Shown in pieces: positions 25,384 to 38,830 of a stretch of 64,000 nt of DNA. The DNA comes from Octopus sinensis. Its lineage: Eukaryota. Both the position numbers and the translations under genes were made by a program. Numbering within the stretch: position 1 is the stretch's first letter; each line of letters starts with the position of its first letter. The notes under the pieces were generated by a model. It ran no database searches, was not told where the DNA came from, and was given only the letters and a program-made list of their open reading frames with translations. Where the stretch lies: positions 14,756,001 through 14,820,000 of the forward strand of contig NC_043022.1 of assembly GCF_006345805.1 (NCBI RefSeq), in the 5' to 3' direction.

Positions 25384-26802
25384 CGATGATGACGATGATC
25401 ATGACAATAAAGATGATGATGAAGATGATAATGATGAAACTGATAATGGTGATGACAATGATGATGGTGATGACGATGATGGTGATGATGATGATGATGA
25501 GAATGACAATGAAAATGCTGACAATAATGACGATGATGATGATGATAATGATGACATGATTATGACAATGATGAAGGTTTTGGCTGTAGTGGTGGTGGTG
25601 GTGGTGGTAATGGTTTAGGTTGTAGTGGTGGTGGTGCTGTAATAGTTACGCAAGAAGAGGAAACACTGTAAGATGATGATGTCGATGCCAATTATCGATG
25701 ACTGGGTGTTTTGCTAACGATGTTAGAAGAGGGTGGCAATGATGACAACGATGGAAATTGATGACAACAGCAGCAGCAGCAGCAGCAGTAATACCAGCGA
25801 TAGTAGTAGCAACTATGAAATTACTTGCAAGATTTAGTAGCAGTAATTATTGTCTGTGTCTTCATGTATTTGTCCTGGTTTCTTCTTCAAGACCAGACCA
25901 GGAAGACATTAGCAGAGGTGGAGACAGAGGAAGAATTTTTGCTGCAGACAGTTGGATACAATACAAAAAAAAAAAAAAAAAGAACCTCATTCAAGAGCAA
26001 TTAAAGAGTCAATCGTTATCAGACAGGGCATCCTAAAAATAGAATCTGCTCCTCGGGTTTTCTTATCTTAAATAATAATCTTTGTAACAATCATGGAAGT
26101 AAAAATCACTTTGGTTAGATACACTCACAGACACTTATGATGAAGCATATCACAAGCAACAAGAATACCTATTTCTTTACTACCCACAAGGGGCTAAACA
26201 CAGAGGAGACAAACAAGGACAGACATAGGTATTAAGTCGATTACATCGACCCCAGTGCGTAACTGGTACTTAATTTATCGAACCCGAAAGGATGAAAGGC
26301 AAAGTCAACCTCGGCGGAATTTGAACTCAGAACTTAGCGGCAGTCGAAATATTGGTAAGCATTTCGCCCGGAGTGCTAACGTTTCTGCCAGCTCGCCGCC
26401 ATCTTTGCAACAAGAATACTATTTGATGTCTGCTTTCCATGCTGGCATGGGTTAGAGGTGTTGGTTGGAATTGAGAAGCTGGACGGCTGCACCAGGTTCC
26501 AGTCTGATTTGGCAATGGTTTCTCTGGTTGGATGCCCTTCCTAATGCTAACCACTTTATGGAGTGTAACGGGTGCCTTTTATGTGACACCAGCATGGGTG
26601 CCATTTACATGACACTGGCACTAGCCACGGCTATGATTTCATTTGGCTTGATGAGTCTCCACAAGCACAGCATATTGCCAAACGTCTCAGCCACTTGCCA
26701 TCGACTCCTTAAGGCCTGACATTTGAAGATTGTTGTAGGACATTGTGCCATAAGAATCATTTATGTCATAGGAAAATTTGTTTGCCAAAAAAGATAATAA
26801 TA

Positions 26803-27202
26803 GGCGCAGGAGTGGCTGTATGGTAAGTAGCTTGCTAACTAACCACATGGTTCCGGGTTCAGTCCCACTGCGTGGCATCTTGGGCAAGTGTCTTCTGCTA
26901 TAGCCCCGGGCTGACCAATGCCTTGTGAGTGGATTTGGTAGACGGAAACTGAAAGAAGCCTGTCGTATATATATATATGTATGTGTGTGTATATGTTTGT
27001 GTGTCTGTGTTTGTCCCTCTAGCATTGCTTGACAACCTGATGTGTTTACGTCCCCGCCACTTAGCGGTTCGGTAAAAGAGACCGATAGAATAAGTACTGG
27101 GCTTACAAAGAATAAGTTCCGGGGTTGATTTGCTCGACTAAAGGCGGTGCTCCAGCATGGCCGCAGTCAAATGACTGAAAAAAGTAAAAGAGTCAAAGAG
27201 TA
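26803..27202 (+). mobile_element. SINE family A, full length
   Basis: ggcgcaggagtggctg head through gtaaaagagtcaaagag tail. Confidence 0.85.
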
Positions 27203-27857
27203 ATAGTAATAAAATAAAAATGAAAAAAAAAAGTTTAGCTTTTTCTTAAAACGGTAACTTCAACTAATCTACCAATTAGAGAAGGGTAATTTCTTCAAAA
27301 TGAATTATCTAATTTACAGTGTTTGGTTTCAAAAGAGAACTACTTCAAAGGAGAATAAATGCCGAATTCATAAGTGTTGTAGTCTTCTTTTGATAGAACC
27401 ATTCGCAATTCTTTTTGAGCAAACCATATTTATTTTTTCGAGCCTGGGCACGGTGGGATGACGTCAGCAGCTGGGGAGCTGACCAGAACTTGGGAGCTGT
27501 CCGGAAGGGGAAGGGTGCAGCAGTGATGTGCGCGCAGGCAGGGGACAATTGGGCCTTTTTTTTGATCGGGGTAGCCGACAGTGCTGGACATGTGAGCACT
27601 TCGACAAGGTGAGGGCAAGAAGCTGCTATTTTTAGCGTTTGGGTCGGGCCATGTGGAAGGGTGCGTTACCACCGGAGAGGTCTGCGTCAACGAAAGAGAA
27701 GGTAGATGTCTTACATCAAATCTCCCGCATACACCACAGGCACAAGGACCAAAACAACAACAACGATTTCTTTTATTTGCCACCAGGGCAAAGAATGAGG
27801 AAGACAATACTAAGACAGACATCAATGAAACGAGAGGATAAAAAGTATATACATAAA

Positions 27858-28247
27858 CTAGCAGCATCGCCCGGTATTGCTTGGGTTTGTTTCGACCCTT
27901 TAGAATTGGAATTTTTGAAAAGTAAATATTTTGCCTTATGTAGCTTGTTATTCTCTTTAAGCGAACATTTTTCTGGTTGAAATACACCGAAAAATGGCGA
28001 CACAGCAGTCAAGAAATTGTAAAAAATAGGGATTTTCATAGGAAAAAAAGCACCTTTTTGATGTAAATAATTTTTGGTGTTAACATGGTCCGATTTGAAT
28101 TTTTTCTTCTACGGAAGGAAGAGCAAGCCTTCTTCTATCATACTATCAATTTTGGTCAACTTGTGCTGCAGGGTCTTGGAGGAGATAGCATTAGTTGAAG
28201 GCTACCAAACCTGCCACACACACAGACAACTTCAGCTTTATATACAT
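27858..28247 (-). mobile_element. Non-autonomous Helitron (same subfamily as 43924-44316)
   Basis: Minus-strand 3' end: hairpin ccaagcaataccggg then gatgctgCTAG|t. Interior is homologous to 43924-44316. 5' end degenerate. Confidence 0.75.
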
Positions 28248-28321
28248 AAATGTATAGGAAGTATACACAGTATACAATAAGACAGAGAAGCAAAAAAGAA
28301 ATAATGATGATGATGATGATG

Positions 28322-28375
28322 AAAACAGCATTATTAAGGACAGCTAAGATACTCAGGAAGGTTCCTGGCATCTGA
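28322..28375 (+). mobile_element. C-terminal scrap of a REL-endonuclease non-LTR element
   Basis: KTALLRTAKILRKVPGI* resembles the K.ALLGTA.ILR.VL terminus of R4/HERO/NeSL-type elements. Confidence 0.5.
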
Positions 28376-28499
28376 GGTTACTTGTTGTAGCCTGATGTTA
28401 GGAATTTCTCTTTTCCAAAAGTTTAATCTGTTGTTCATTAATGGAATAATAATAAAGGATAAATATGTGTGTATATATATATATCTGTGTGTATAAGAA

Positions 28500-28506
28500 A
28501 GAGAAG

Positions 28507-28548
<42 letters not shown>

Positions 28549-28727
28549 AGAGAGAGAGAGAGTGAGAGAGAGAGAGAAAGAGAGAGTGAGAAAGTGAGAG
28601 AGAAAGAGTGAGAAAGAGAGAGTGAGAAAGTGAGAGAGAAAGAGTGAGAGAGAGTGAGTGAGTGAGAGAGAAAGAGAGAGAGTGAGAGTGAGAAAGAGAG
28701 AGAGTGAGTGAGAAAGAGAGAGAGAGT

Positions 28728-28760
<33 letters not shown>
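28500..28760. repeat. (GA)n/(GAGT)n polypurine microsatellite
   Basis: Directly visible. Similar tracts at 38725-38845 and 58905-59270. Confidence 0.9.
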
Positions 28761-28762
<2 letters not shown>

Positions 28763-31168
28763 TGTGAATGTGTGTGTGCACACATCTGGTTTGTCATTTC
28801 TTTCCAGATGGCAGTTAATGAAAAGAGGATTTTGTTGCCTTACTTTTCTCCCCACCAACTCCAACCCATATCAATAGATTCTGTGATGCTACAATGATAA
28901 TATCAAGCACACTGGAAATGGAGAGGATATTAAATAAATAAATAATATCAACAGAGATCCTACGTAGATATACATTCATTCGTACACTCAGTTTCTGTAT
29001 GTATGTGGTGTATCACAATTTAAGTCTTTCACATCCATACAGTTAACCTCAGAAGAAAAATCTTATCAAAATATTGAAACACATTTTAAGACCCATCAAG
29101 CCAAGCAAAATTGCAGCCATGGCAGATACCAGTGTCATGCAAATTGGCACCCGTACATACAAATAGCAACCCAAGAGAATGACAAGATGGATTCTTCATC
29201 TGAGCCAACCGGCAGGAGACCTGGGATGAAATTGTTGGGTAATATCCATAGTAACATTTGCTTACACTTGGGAATCCAGCCAGAAAGTGTAATAATGACA
29301 GTTGATTTCGACTGGACCCTATTGATGAGATGCTGCAGGACTTTCTATCCACAACCCTTCCAGGAATAGTAGATGGATGGATGGATATTCACACCAGATT
29401 TTCCACACAGTTTTACGATTTAATTTCCTTAGAGTCAAATTTTCTGCTCAATATTTTCCAAACTGATATTTATATATAAAAACATAGACAATATTTTCTG
29501 AACATAGGGATAAAGCTACAAACATAAATGTGAGTAGAGACACTTAAATCAACATCAGTACTTGAACCACCACCACCACCACCACCATAACAGAACAACA
29601 CAAATTTTTTATGTTTCTTTTCATTTTTTTGTTGTTTTGTTTGTCCTCCATGCATACAAATGAATGCTTCTTCTCCTAAACAGCCACAAACTCAACTCCC
29701 TTGCTCTTTAGTTCACAAACCACACTCAACGGAACAAGCCTGCCCCCCACCCCACCCCACCCCACCCCACCCCACCCCAAGCATATTACAAACCCCTTGC
29801 AAATGACATGTTCTCTGTTTTTATCTTTTCTGGTCCTTGTTTCTCTTTTGCTGAAATTTGATTCATGTGCGAAGCTGTTTACAGTTTGACTGGAAACTTG
29901 GGAATTACACACATTACCTGAGCTTATATATGTGTGTGTGTGTGTGTCTTCAAAATGTAATTACATGTGAACCATTGGCTATTTTTTTTCCTCCATCTTC
30001 CTTTTCTATTGGACTTTCCTCTGTTTCTTTAGAAGAGCTTTGCTCAAAACGTTAACCTTTCTTTCCTTCCCTGAGTGTCTGCTAATACTTTACATGTACC
30101 ACATCCTCGTGTTGTGTTTTTTTGTGTTTGTTCTTTGTTTTTGGATTTAGAGATAGTAGGGGAGAGGATTTGTAAAGTATAATTTAAAATTAGAGATTAA
30201 GGAATTACTCAACCGTAATCAATTTGTGCATTTTCTGATGCCAAAGTTTCAAATTATATCGTTTACAGATGTGTATTAATTAAAATTTATTTACATGAAA
30301 ATTTCAACAAAAAATCTCATCTATTTCAAGCCAAATTTCAAGGGATGGTTTAAAGGATGGTAATGATGTTATTAAATTTGATTTCTTCAGGCATGGCTGT
30401 GAGGTAAGGAGTTTGCTTTTAGGGTGTAAGGTTTCAGGTTCAGCCCTACTGCATGGCACGTTGGGCACATTCGGATGGTGCTTTTTACATGCCACCAGTA
30501 TGGGGAGCCAGTCCAGGTAGTACTGGCAATGACCCATGCATGAATGGTGCTTACTGCATGCCACCAGCATGGGAGCCAGTCAGGTAGCACTGGTATTGGC
30601 CACAACTACAATTTCCATTTTTGATTTCAATTTGGGTGAGATTCTGATTTTTCATTTTACTTGACTCAATAGGTCTCCTCAAGCACGGCATGTCACCCAA
30701 TGATTCAAAGGTACTTTTTAAATGGGCTGGTTATGTGACACTGGTATAGGCTACAGCTGTGATCTCACTTTAGTTGCCGGGTCTTCTCAATCACAGCATA
30801 TCTCCAGAGGTCTCGGTCTCTTGTCATCGTCTCTGTGACGCCCAACGTTCAAAGGCTGTGCTTCATCCCATGTCTTTAAAAAACATGTAATGTGAGTGGA
30901 TTTGGTAAAAGGAAATTGTGAGGAAGCCCATCATGTAACATATTTATGTGTGTTTGGGTCTGTGTTTGTCCCATACACAGACACACACACACCACTTCAC
31001 AACTGATGTTGGTTTGTTTATGTCCTAGTAAATTAGTGGTTCGGCAAAAGAGACCAATAGAAAAAGCACGAGGATGAAAAACCCATCAAGGTGGTGCCCC
31101 AGCATGGCCACAGTCCAATGACTGAAAGAAACAAGTAAAAAGTAAAAGACAGATGCAATCTTACTTAC

Positions 31169-31462
31169 CCGGTCACTTAGTGCAGAATATTTGATTCCCA
31201 ACTCATCTCTTTCGGCACGACTTGCAGACAGTAGGTCTTCGACTCGGTTGAGCTCCACGGCAAGGAGACGGTTCTCTTCTTGCATCACATCCAAATTATG
31301 TGACGGTGTCTGAGAATTTGTTGCCATGTAAGTATGGCTTGAACTATCACCACCGAGGTTTTTGGTGATAATTTCACGGATTTTCGCCTTAGTCAAAGAA
31401 TTTGACTCGTCCATCTTTGACGGGAAACTGCAGCTGTCTTTTAAGATTGAATCTTCGAGTTT
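31169..31462 (-). CDS. CROCC: Rootletin (ciliary rootlet coiled-coil protein) family, internal N-terminal coding exon, 294 nt, phase 0/0
   Basis: Minus strand: acceptor ...ttttgtttattccag|AAA CTC GAA, donor ...GAC CGG|gtaagt. Translation KLEDSIL...KIREIITKNL...[38 protein letters not shown]. It matches my recollection of the vertebrate rootletin N-terminus (TLESSVL...IREIVTRNL...[38 protein letters not shown]). Confidence 0.9.
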
Positions 31463-32145
31463 CTGGAATAAACAAAAAAGCAAAAAATATATCAGAATAT
31501 TTTTGTTGGAATTAGAAATTTTAAAAACTAAAAATAAACTGAAGAAAATTTCTTTAAAAACATATGTATGTGTGCAGGCTTGAATAAATTTTATAGGTTC
31601 TCTTTGAACCCCTTTGGCACGAAGTGGAGGCACGTGGCTTAGTGGTTAGGGTGTTGGACTCATGATCGTAAGATTGTAGTTTCGATTCTTGGACTGGGCA
31701 ACGCGTTGTGTTCTTGAAGAAAACACTTTGTTTCATGTTGCTCCAGTCCATTCACCTGGGAATAATGAGTAATCCTGCGATGGACTGGCGTCCCATCCAG
31801 GTGTGGAATTTACACATCATGGAAACCAGGAAACTGGCTCTTACGGGTCAACATGACTCGATAAGGTAACTTTAACTTTTTTTTTTTTTTGGCACCAATC
31901 TGCCTGTGACCACCCCTGCTTCTGTGACACAAACTTCCTGTTTTAAAGTAATATAAATAAAAAAAAAAAACCTTCTATTAAAACTTCTTGTTAAAGTTAT
32001 TTACTAAAAATGTGGCTGGGATGGTTAATACCCCAGGGAGGAAGAATTGAGGAAAGTGCTAAGTGTGGGGGCTCAGTGGAGGTGATGCAGTAAGGAGTGG
32101 TGAGAGGAAGAGAGTTAGGTGTGTTAGGTAGACCTTGTAGGGGGT

Positions 32146-32470
32146 TATAATAATAAATAATAATAATAATAATAATAATAATTGTGTACAGTGCTCAGGT
32201 GCACTACAACTCATCTAAAGTGTATATATAATCAGGTGTAGTTTTGGCGGATTTCGGAAAGCATGAGGGCCTTAAAAGATGCAGTGTCATGGCAGTCAAC
32301 AACTGATGCAGGCAGTTTATTCCATGCTTCAGCAACTCTGAGCATGAAAAAATGTTTCCGAAAGTCATGGGAGCTGTATTGTTTTCTGACTTTGTAGGCA
32401 TGTCCACGTGTGTTAGACACATGGAGATGTACACAACCAGATCATTCAGACTTACAGAGGCCATTGTCAG
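32146..32470 (-). mobile_element. 5'-truncated CR1-clade LINE (ORF2 C-terminus, 3' UTR, (ATT)n tail)
   Basis: SNTRGHAYKVRKQYSSHDFRKHFFMLRVAEAWNKLPASVV...ASFK matches the CR1 C-terminal signature TRGH..K...R..FF..RV...WN.LP..VV. Confidence 0.85.
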
Positions 32471-32489
32471 AGTTACAGTTAGGATAGGG

Positions 32490-32542
<53 letters not shown>

Positions 32543-33623
32543 TATATAAATATATACATATAGGGAGAGATAGCTAGCTAGATAGATAGATAGATAAGGC
32601 CAATTGGAAAGTCGTCAGGAGCGAAGCCATAATCAGTTAATTGAAAATTAATATTTTCCAAGTATGAGGTAAATGAGATTCCATCATTTGCCAATTTGAT
32701 GGAGCAGGGAAGAGATGGAGGGGAGAAGAAGATATAGGTATTAACTTGAGATAACAAGGAAACTTATAAAAAAAAAATAAATAAAAAAGACAAGGAGCAG
32801 TTTTGTGTGGTGGTAGGTCAGGTCAGGTCGGGTCAAAGCAGGAACATATGATAAATTAGATGAGAAAATAAGATATGTATTGAGTTATTAGTTGATAATT
32901 TTATCTCAATGAAAACATTGGATTAAACAAAGAGATTGCTTTGCTGTTTGATGAATCTTTCCTCAGTCTTATCATCAGATGCAACTACAGTTCGAGAATG
33001 GCCAGTATAAAGGGACCAATTCTCAGGTTTCGCCTGTGATTGAAAAAGGTTTTATAAAAGGAGAAAGGGGCTCTCTACCCCCCTTTTGACCAGGCTCCCG
33101 TAGGCTTTTATGGGTTTTTTTCCACCAGGAACCTTTCAAAGCGCCTCCTCCTTTTGGGAGTTTTTTCATTGTTATAATCTTTCGTTGTTCAACAGTTTTT
33201 ACTCGGATTTTTTCAAAAACTGACAAAACCCTTTGTAATCTTTCGTCCTGTTTTGTCCCTTTATGTTTACTAATCATGTGTGTCAGCCCTTGTGGCCAAT
33301 AAAAAAAATTATTATTATTATTATTATTAGATCAAACTGATAGAATATAAATGCATTTTTTCTATTTTTTGAGATCCCTACACACGCACACATATATAGA
33401 ATGTATGTATGTCATTGTTCAGTTTCATTTCAAGATTTCTTACCAATAGAGAAAGAGCCGGTTTCTAACCCAGATCCATGGTTCCTTCATTGGAATTTCA
33501 ACATCAACAGGGTCTTTTATTTATATGTATGCATGTATGTATGTATATGCACAGATTTGTATGTTTTATGTATGTATTCTTATGCATATAGTTGCATATC
33601 AAGACATGCTCATATATATTTAA

Positions 33624-33844
33624 CCCTTTAGCAATTAAACCGGCCATATCCGGCCAAAAATATTCTGCCTATTTTATGTTCAAACTGGCCAGATCTGGTC
33701 TCTCACACCAACCCTACAATATCGTTTTAAAAATTAACAGCTACCTCATCAAAATCTCATAGCTACAAGATAATGCATGATTAGTTCAAAACAATGTGGA
33801 TAAAAAAGGATTAATTTTGGTAGAATAATGCAAACACTAAAATG
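33624..33844. mobile_element. piggyBac-type MITE, inverted copy of 20339-20559
   Basis: ttaa|ccctttagc ... cactaaaatg|ttaa, same 221-bp length. Confidence 0.8.
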
Positions 33845-33924
33845 TTAAATGATAAACTTCCAGAAAGTTTTACAGATTTTTACAGTTCCAGCGATAGCTT
33901 CCACTTTCTCATTTTGAGAAGCCT

Positions 33925-34080
33925 AATTTCTCAAGGTTGGTATGTGTGTTACAAATCCCAGGGCCCCAATAATTACAGGTATAAACCTGAACTTGTAATC
34001 TGGATAGAGTAACTGCAGATTTCTCAATAGTTCAGCGTCAGTATTCTCTTTTTCACTGATCTTTAACGAAAAAGATTTAT
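33925..34080 (-). mobile_element. REL-endonuclease non-LTR retrotransposon fragment, interrupted by a SINE at 34082
   Basis: LKISEKENTDAELLRNLQLLYPDYKFRFIPVIIGALGFV resembles the K..EK..KY..L......P...GALG motif downstream of the REL nuclease. Confidence 0.6.
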
Positions 34081-34081
34081 A

Positions 34082-34484
34082 GGCGCAGGAGTGGCTGTGT
34101 GGTAAGTAGCTTGCTAACCAACCACATGGTTCCGGGTTCAGTCCCACCGCGTGGCATCTTGGGCAAGTGTCTTCTGCTATAGCCTCGGGCCGACCAATGC
34201 CTTGTGAGTGGATTTGGTAGACGGAAACTGAAAGAAGCCTGTCGTATATATGTATATATATATATGTGTATGTATATGTGTGTGTGTTTGTCCCTCTAGC
34301 ATTGCTTGACAACCGATGCTGATGTATTTACGTCCCCCGTCACTTAGCGGTTTGGCAAAAGAGACTGATAGAATAAGTACTGGGTTTACAAAGAATAAGT
34401 CCCAGGGTCGATTTGCTCGACTAAAAGTGGTGCTCCAGCATGGCCGCAGTCAAATGACTGAAACAAGTAAAAGAGTAAAAGAGT
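34082..34484 (+). mobile_element. SINE family A, full length
   Basis: Full head-to-tail match to the family consensus. Confidence 0.85.
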
Positions 34485-35388
34485 AAGGGGATGTTGAGTT
34501 ACATCCAGGATCTTTTTTTAAAATAAAATAAGGTGGTAACCTTAAAATGTCTGTAGAGTGAGACATATCAGTGAGTGTATTTATTAATAGTTTATCATCA
34601 AGACGAAATTGGTGTATAAATATATAAATATATATCTTAGAGAAAACCCTACCAGAAACTAAGATAAGAAATAGCATTTCTCTGTCCCTCTAGATGGAAA
34701 CTTTATACATGTTATCATTAAGTAAACTTAAGAACTGCTTTTTAAGTATCGTTTTTAATGTTGCTTTGGCTTGATTGATTCCGTAAAACTGCTTTACCCA
34801 ATTTCTTTTTGCCATTTGAAGCTATAATATTTCAAATTTCTTTGAAATTTCCTTCTCCCAGGTCTTCTTAGACAACGGCAGATCTTGGCTACAGTTTAAG
34901 TGTTTCATAAGGTTATTTCATACAGGGTGTGGGAGGCTCTGTGTAGATATAATACCGTTGGTGTCGAGCACATTGTCCCCTACATGGTAGGGAGGGACAG
35001 GCATCACTGGCTCTCACTCACTCCCTAAATTGCTTATGTGTTGGCTCCAAGTGCCACACCCTAGTACACCACTTCAGCTGGCAGACTAATTGTACACGAG
35101 GGACTGGTGTTGACACTGAACCACTAGGTGGGCGGAAGAGTGGTAGCAACAACCCATGGCCAGGGCAGAGGAGTCTCAATAAGAATGACGACCAGGTCTT
35201 TGTGGCTGAAGATGACCCACACTATACTTCATAGATGCCACCTAGCACCCAACAGAGTCAACTCTACTTACAGTCTCTTTCTTAAAAACAACTGTCCCAT
35301 AAAGTTAAGGCCTTGTAGCTCATGTAAGAACTCACTATACAGTAAGGGTGTGTGGGATGAGGGCTAAAACAACAGAGGAAGAAATCTA

Positions 35389-35650
35389 CTTCTTCTTCTT
35401 CTTCTTCTTACAGCATCCACCCAGGGTGGGTTGAGCTGGCTTCATTCATCCTCAATGCTGCATCTCTCACAAACGCCGACCAGGCCTGGTGATTTGTGGC
35501 TAACAATCGCGTGATCTCCAACCACTCCTTATTCCAGCGGTGAACGCCGTAGATATGGGGACCTAGGTTGGGTTCCAGATCAGTCTTGACTGTCATCAGC
35601 CAGGTTTTCGTTTTCTACATTCTGCATTGCATGTCGTTTATTTCCTCATA
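35389..35650 (-). mobile_element. Second RTE-clade LINE family, 3' fragment with (AAG)n tail
   Basis: W.KEWLEITRLLATNHQAWSAFVRDAAL...GSTHPG-like terminus, followed on the minus strand by (gaa)n. Confidence 0.65.
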
Positions 35651-38292
35651 GATCTGGGTTCAAATCTGGAGTTGCTTGATTTCATCTTTCATACATTTCC
35701 CCTACAAAATCCAGTCTTGTATCATTCTCATTTAACTTCCGTCTTCCATGCTGGCATGGGTTAGACAGTTTGACAGGATGCAATGGACCCAAGGGCTATA
35801 TCGTGCTACAGTGCCTGCTTTGGTATGGTTTCTATGGTTAGAGGCCCTTTCTAATGCCAACTACTTTATAGCATGTATTGGGTGCTTTGTTTTCATGGCA
35901 CCAGCACTAGTGAGGTCGCCATGCAGCTTGCAAGACTAAGAAGAGAAAACTAAATAAGAAATTAACCATAAATGTATCCTTGTAGAATGGTGAGTTGGCA
36001 GAATCATTAGCACATAGGGTAAAATGCTTCATGGCATTTTGTCCATCTTTACATTCTGAGTTCAAATCCTGCTGAGGTTGATTTTGCTTTTCATTCTTTT
36101 AGCATTGATAAGATAAGTACCAGTCAAGCCCTGGTGGGGGGGGGGGGGCCAATGTAATCAATGTACCCTCACCCCTGAAATTGCTGGCCTTGTGCTAAAT
36201 TTTGAAACTAATATTAAATGCATCCTCTCAGAGGAAACAATGTTTCAACTGATTTTGATGTATATTTTTTAATGATTTTTTTCCCCCTCTGCAGTACCAG
36301 GTTAAGCGTCATATATGTATATGCATGTGTGTGCCTGTGTTTGTCCCCCACCACTGACCGACAACCGATGTTGGTTTGTTTAGAACCTCGTAACTTGGTT
36401 CAAACAAAGAGACCAACAGAATAAGTACCAGGCTTAAAACAAGGGGATCCCTACCCCCACAAGAACTGGGGTTGATTCATTCTTCTAAAACCCTTCAAGG
36501 TGGTGCTCCAGCATGGCCGCAGCCAAATGACTGAGACAAGTAGAAGATAGAAGGGAAAGATTCCTGATACCATCGACATAGCAAAGAGGTTGAGATGGAA
36601 CCTATTTTCAGAATGTCAAATGATTTAAAACAATAGTTGAAGAGTTTGAAGTGCTGATGGCCTTTAAGGGCAAGTACCATCTTCCTGTGTCTCTGACCCT
36701 CGTAGATTACAGCTTCATGGTACACATCATTGGTATCTCTGTCAATAGGCGGAGCACAGCTTCATCAGAGTCTTTATTATATCCTTTACTTGTTTCAGTC
36801 ATTGGACTGTGGCCATGATGGGCCACCACCTTAAAGGGTTTTACTCAAACAAATCGATTCTAGTACTTTGTTTTTTATTTTTTTTAAAGTCAAGTACTTA
36901 TCCTGTTGGTCTGTTTTGCTGAACTGCTAACTTGCAGGGATGTAAACAAACCAACACTGGTTGCCAGGTAGTGGAGAAGGAGAGAAACACAGGCACACAA
37001 ATACATTATCATCATCATCATCTTCAATTAACATCTGTTTGCCATGCTGGCATCGGTTGGCCAGTTTGACAGGAGCTGGCAAACTGGGGAGCTACACCAG
37101 GCCCCATTTGTCTGCTTCGGTATGGCTTTTATGGTTTCCATCTACATACAGTTTCCATCTACCAAATCAGTCACAAAGAATTGATCAGCCCAGGACTATA
37201 GTAGAAGACTTTTACTGAAGGCAACATGCAGTAGGATTGAACCTGAAACCACGTGGTTGCAAAGCAAGCTTCTTAACCACACAGCCATGCCTTGCTCACA
37301 GAAGAGTTTTAGACGCATCAACATTTGTTTCATTAGAACTGAATATCATTTATGGACAAAAACTGTCTCATTTGAAAAACAAAATCTGTTATAAAACCTG
37401 ACTTGGATATGTTAAATAGATTGATTTGTGATTAAATTTCTTTTTAATTTATTCATTAAAATTATCTAACAATGAAGATCAACCAAGAACCTGACATTTT
37501 ATCAATCGATGAATGAGAAGAAAGAAATTATTTTCGATAATTCAAATTAATTAATTGTGTAGCAATATTAATTAAGTGAACTCCAGCCAGTTCCAAGCCC
37601 AAAACACTTAAACTCGCTAGTTATCATCAAACTACTGACATCAAACCATAGTTCTAATTAACACATCTATCATAATACAATCACCATCACTAATTATTCA
37701 CCATCGTCTTCTAACACCCCTTTCCCATGCTTGCCTGGGTCAGATGGAATTTGTTGAGGTAGGTGTATGGCTGGATGCCTTTCCTGCCACCAACCCTCAC
37801 CTGTCTCCAATCAAAGTAAATATTTCCCCCATACCCTTTTACTTGTTTCAGTCATTTGACTGTGGCCATGCTGGAGCACCACCTTTAATCGAACAGATCG
37901 ACCCCAGGACTTATTCTATTGGTCTCTTTTGCCGAACTGCTAAGTTAAGGAGACGTTAACACACCAGCATCAGTTGTCAAGCAATGTTAGGGGGACAAAC
38001 ACACACCACACACACATATATACATATACATATAAACAACAGGCTCCTTTCAGTTTCCGTCTACCAAATCCACTCACAAGGCTTTGGTCGGCCCGAGGCT
38101 ATAGTAGAAGACACTTGTCCAAGGTACCATGCAGTGGGACTGAACCTGAACTATGTGGTTGGTAAGCAAGCTACTTACCACACAGCCACCCCTGCGCCTA
38201 TAGTTACATTTTTCACAGAAGACTGCAAACAATCTACCTCACTTGTTATGATGGTCATGCTCATTTACAATCATCACGATATCTCAACAAGG

Positions 38293-38326
<34 letters not shown>

Positions 38327-38479
38327 GTCACAAGGTTCACAGACAACAGTTGATTCTCATGCAGTTTGTCAAATGGTATCCAATAGCCCAGAAAAGGTCA
38401 TTCAGAAGGCACCAATGATGATGGAAAGATGATTTTGTGTAAGGCCACGATGAAAAATGAATGACAAAACCAAGAGAAA

Positions 38480-38715
38480 ATTTACATGTCTTTTCAAACC
38501 CAGCAAACCATCAGGAGTCTCAATCTCCAGTCATCCCCTTTGTGAGTCCCAACGTTTGCAGATCCTTTCTCACCACTTCGTCCCATGTCTTCCTGGGTCA
38601 ACCCCTTCCATATGTTCCCTCCACAATTAGGGATCAGCACCTCTTGATGCAATTGTCCTCACTCATACACATTACATGGTCGTACCAGTGCAGTTTCTTC
38701 TCTTGCACACACACA
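38480..38715 (-). mobile_element. Degenerate RTE ORF2 C-terminal fragment (family of 1640-2310)
   Basis: VQEKKLHWYDHVMCMSEDNCIKRC*SLIVEGTYGRG*PRKTWDEVV, with in-frame stops. Confidence 0.75.
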
Positions 38716-38721
38716 TACACA

Positions 38722-38763
<42 letters not shown>

Positions 38764-38798
38764 GAGAGAGAGAGAGAGAGGAGAGGAGAGAGAGAGGG

Positions 38799-38830
<32 letters not shown>

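Noticed and set aside
31463-31633. N-terminal part of the 202-aa ORF 31025-31633 (MPPLRAKG...FLLFCLFQ)
   Set aside because: Intronic read-through upstream of the acceptor at 31463; only 31169-31462 is rootletin-like.
34861-34910. Strong plus-strand acceptor (ttccttctcccag|G) with a short open frame
   Set aside because: Donor is poor (gttatt), the segment is isolated from other candidates, and no homology is recognised.
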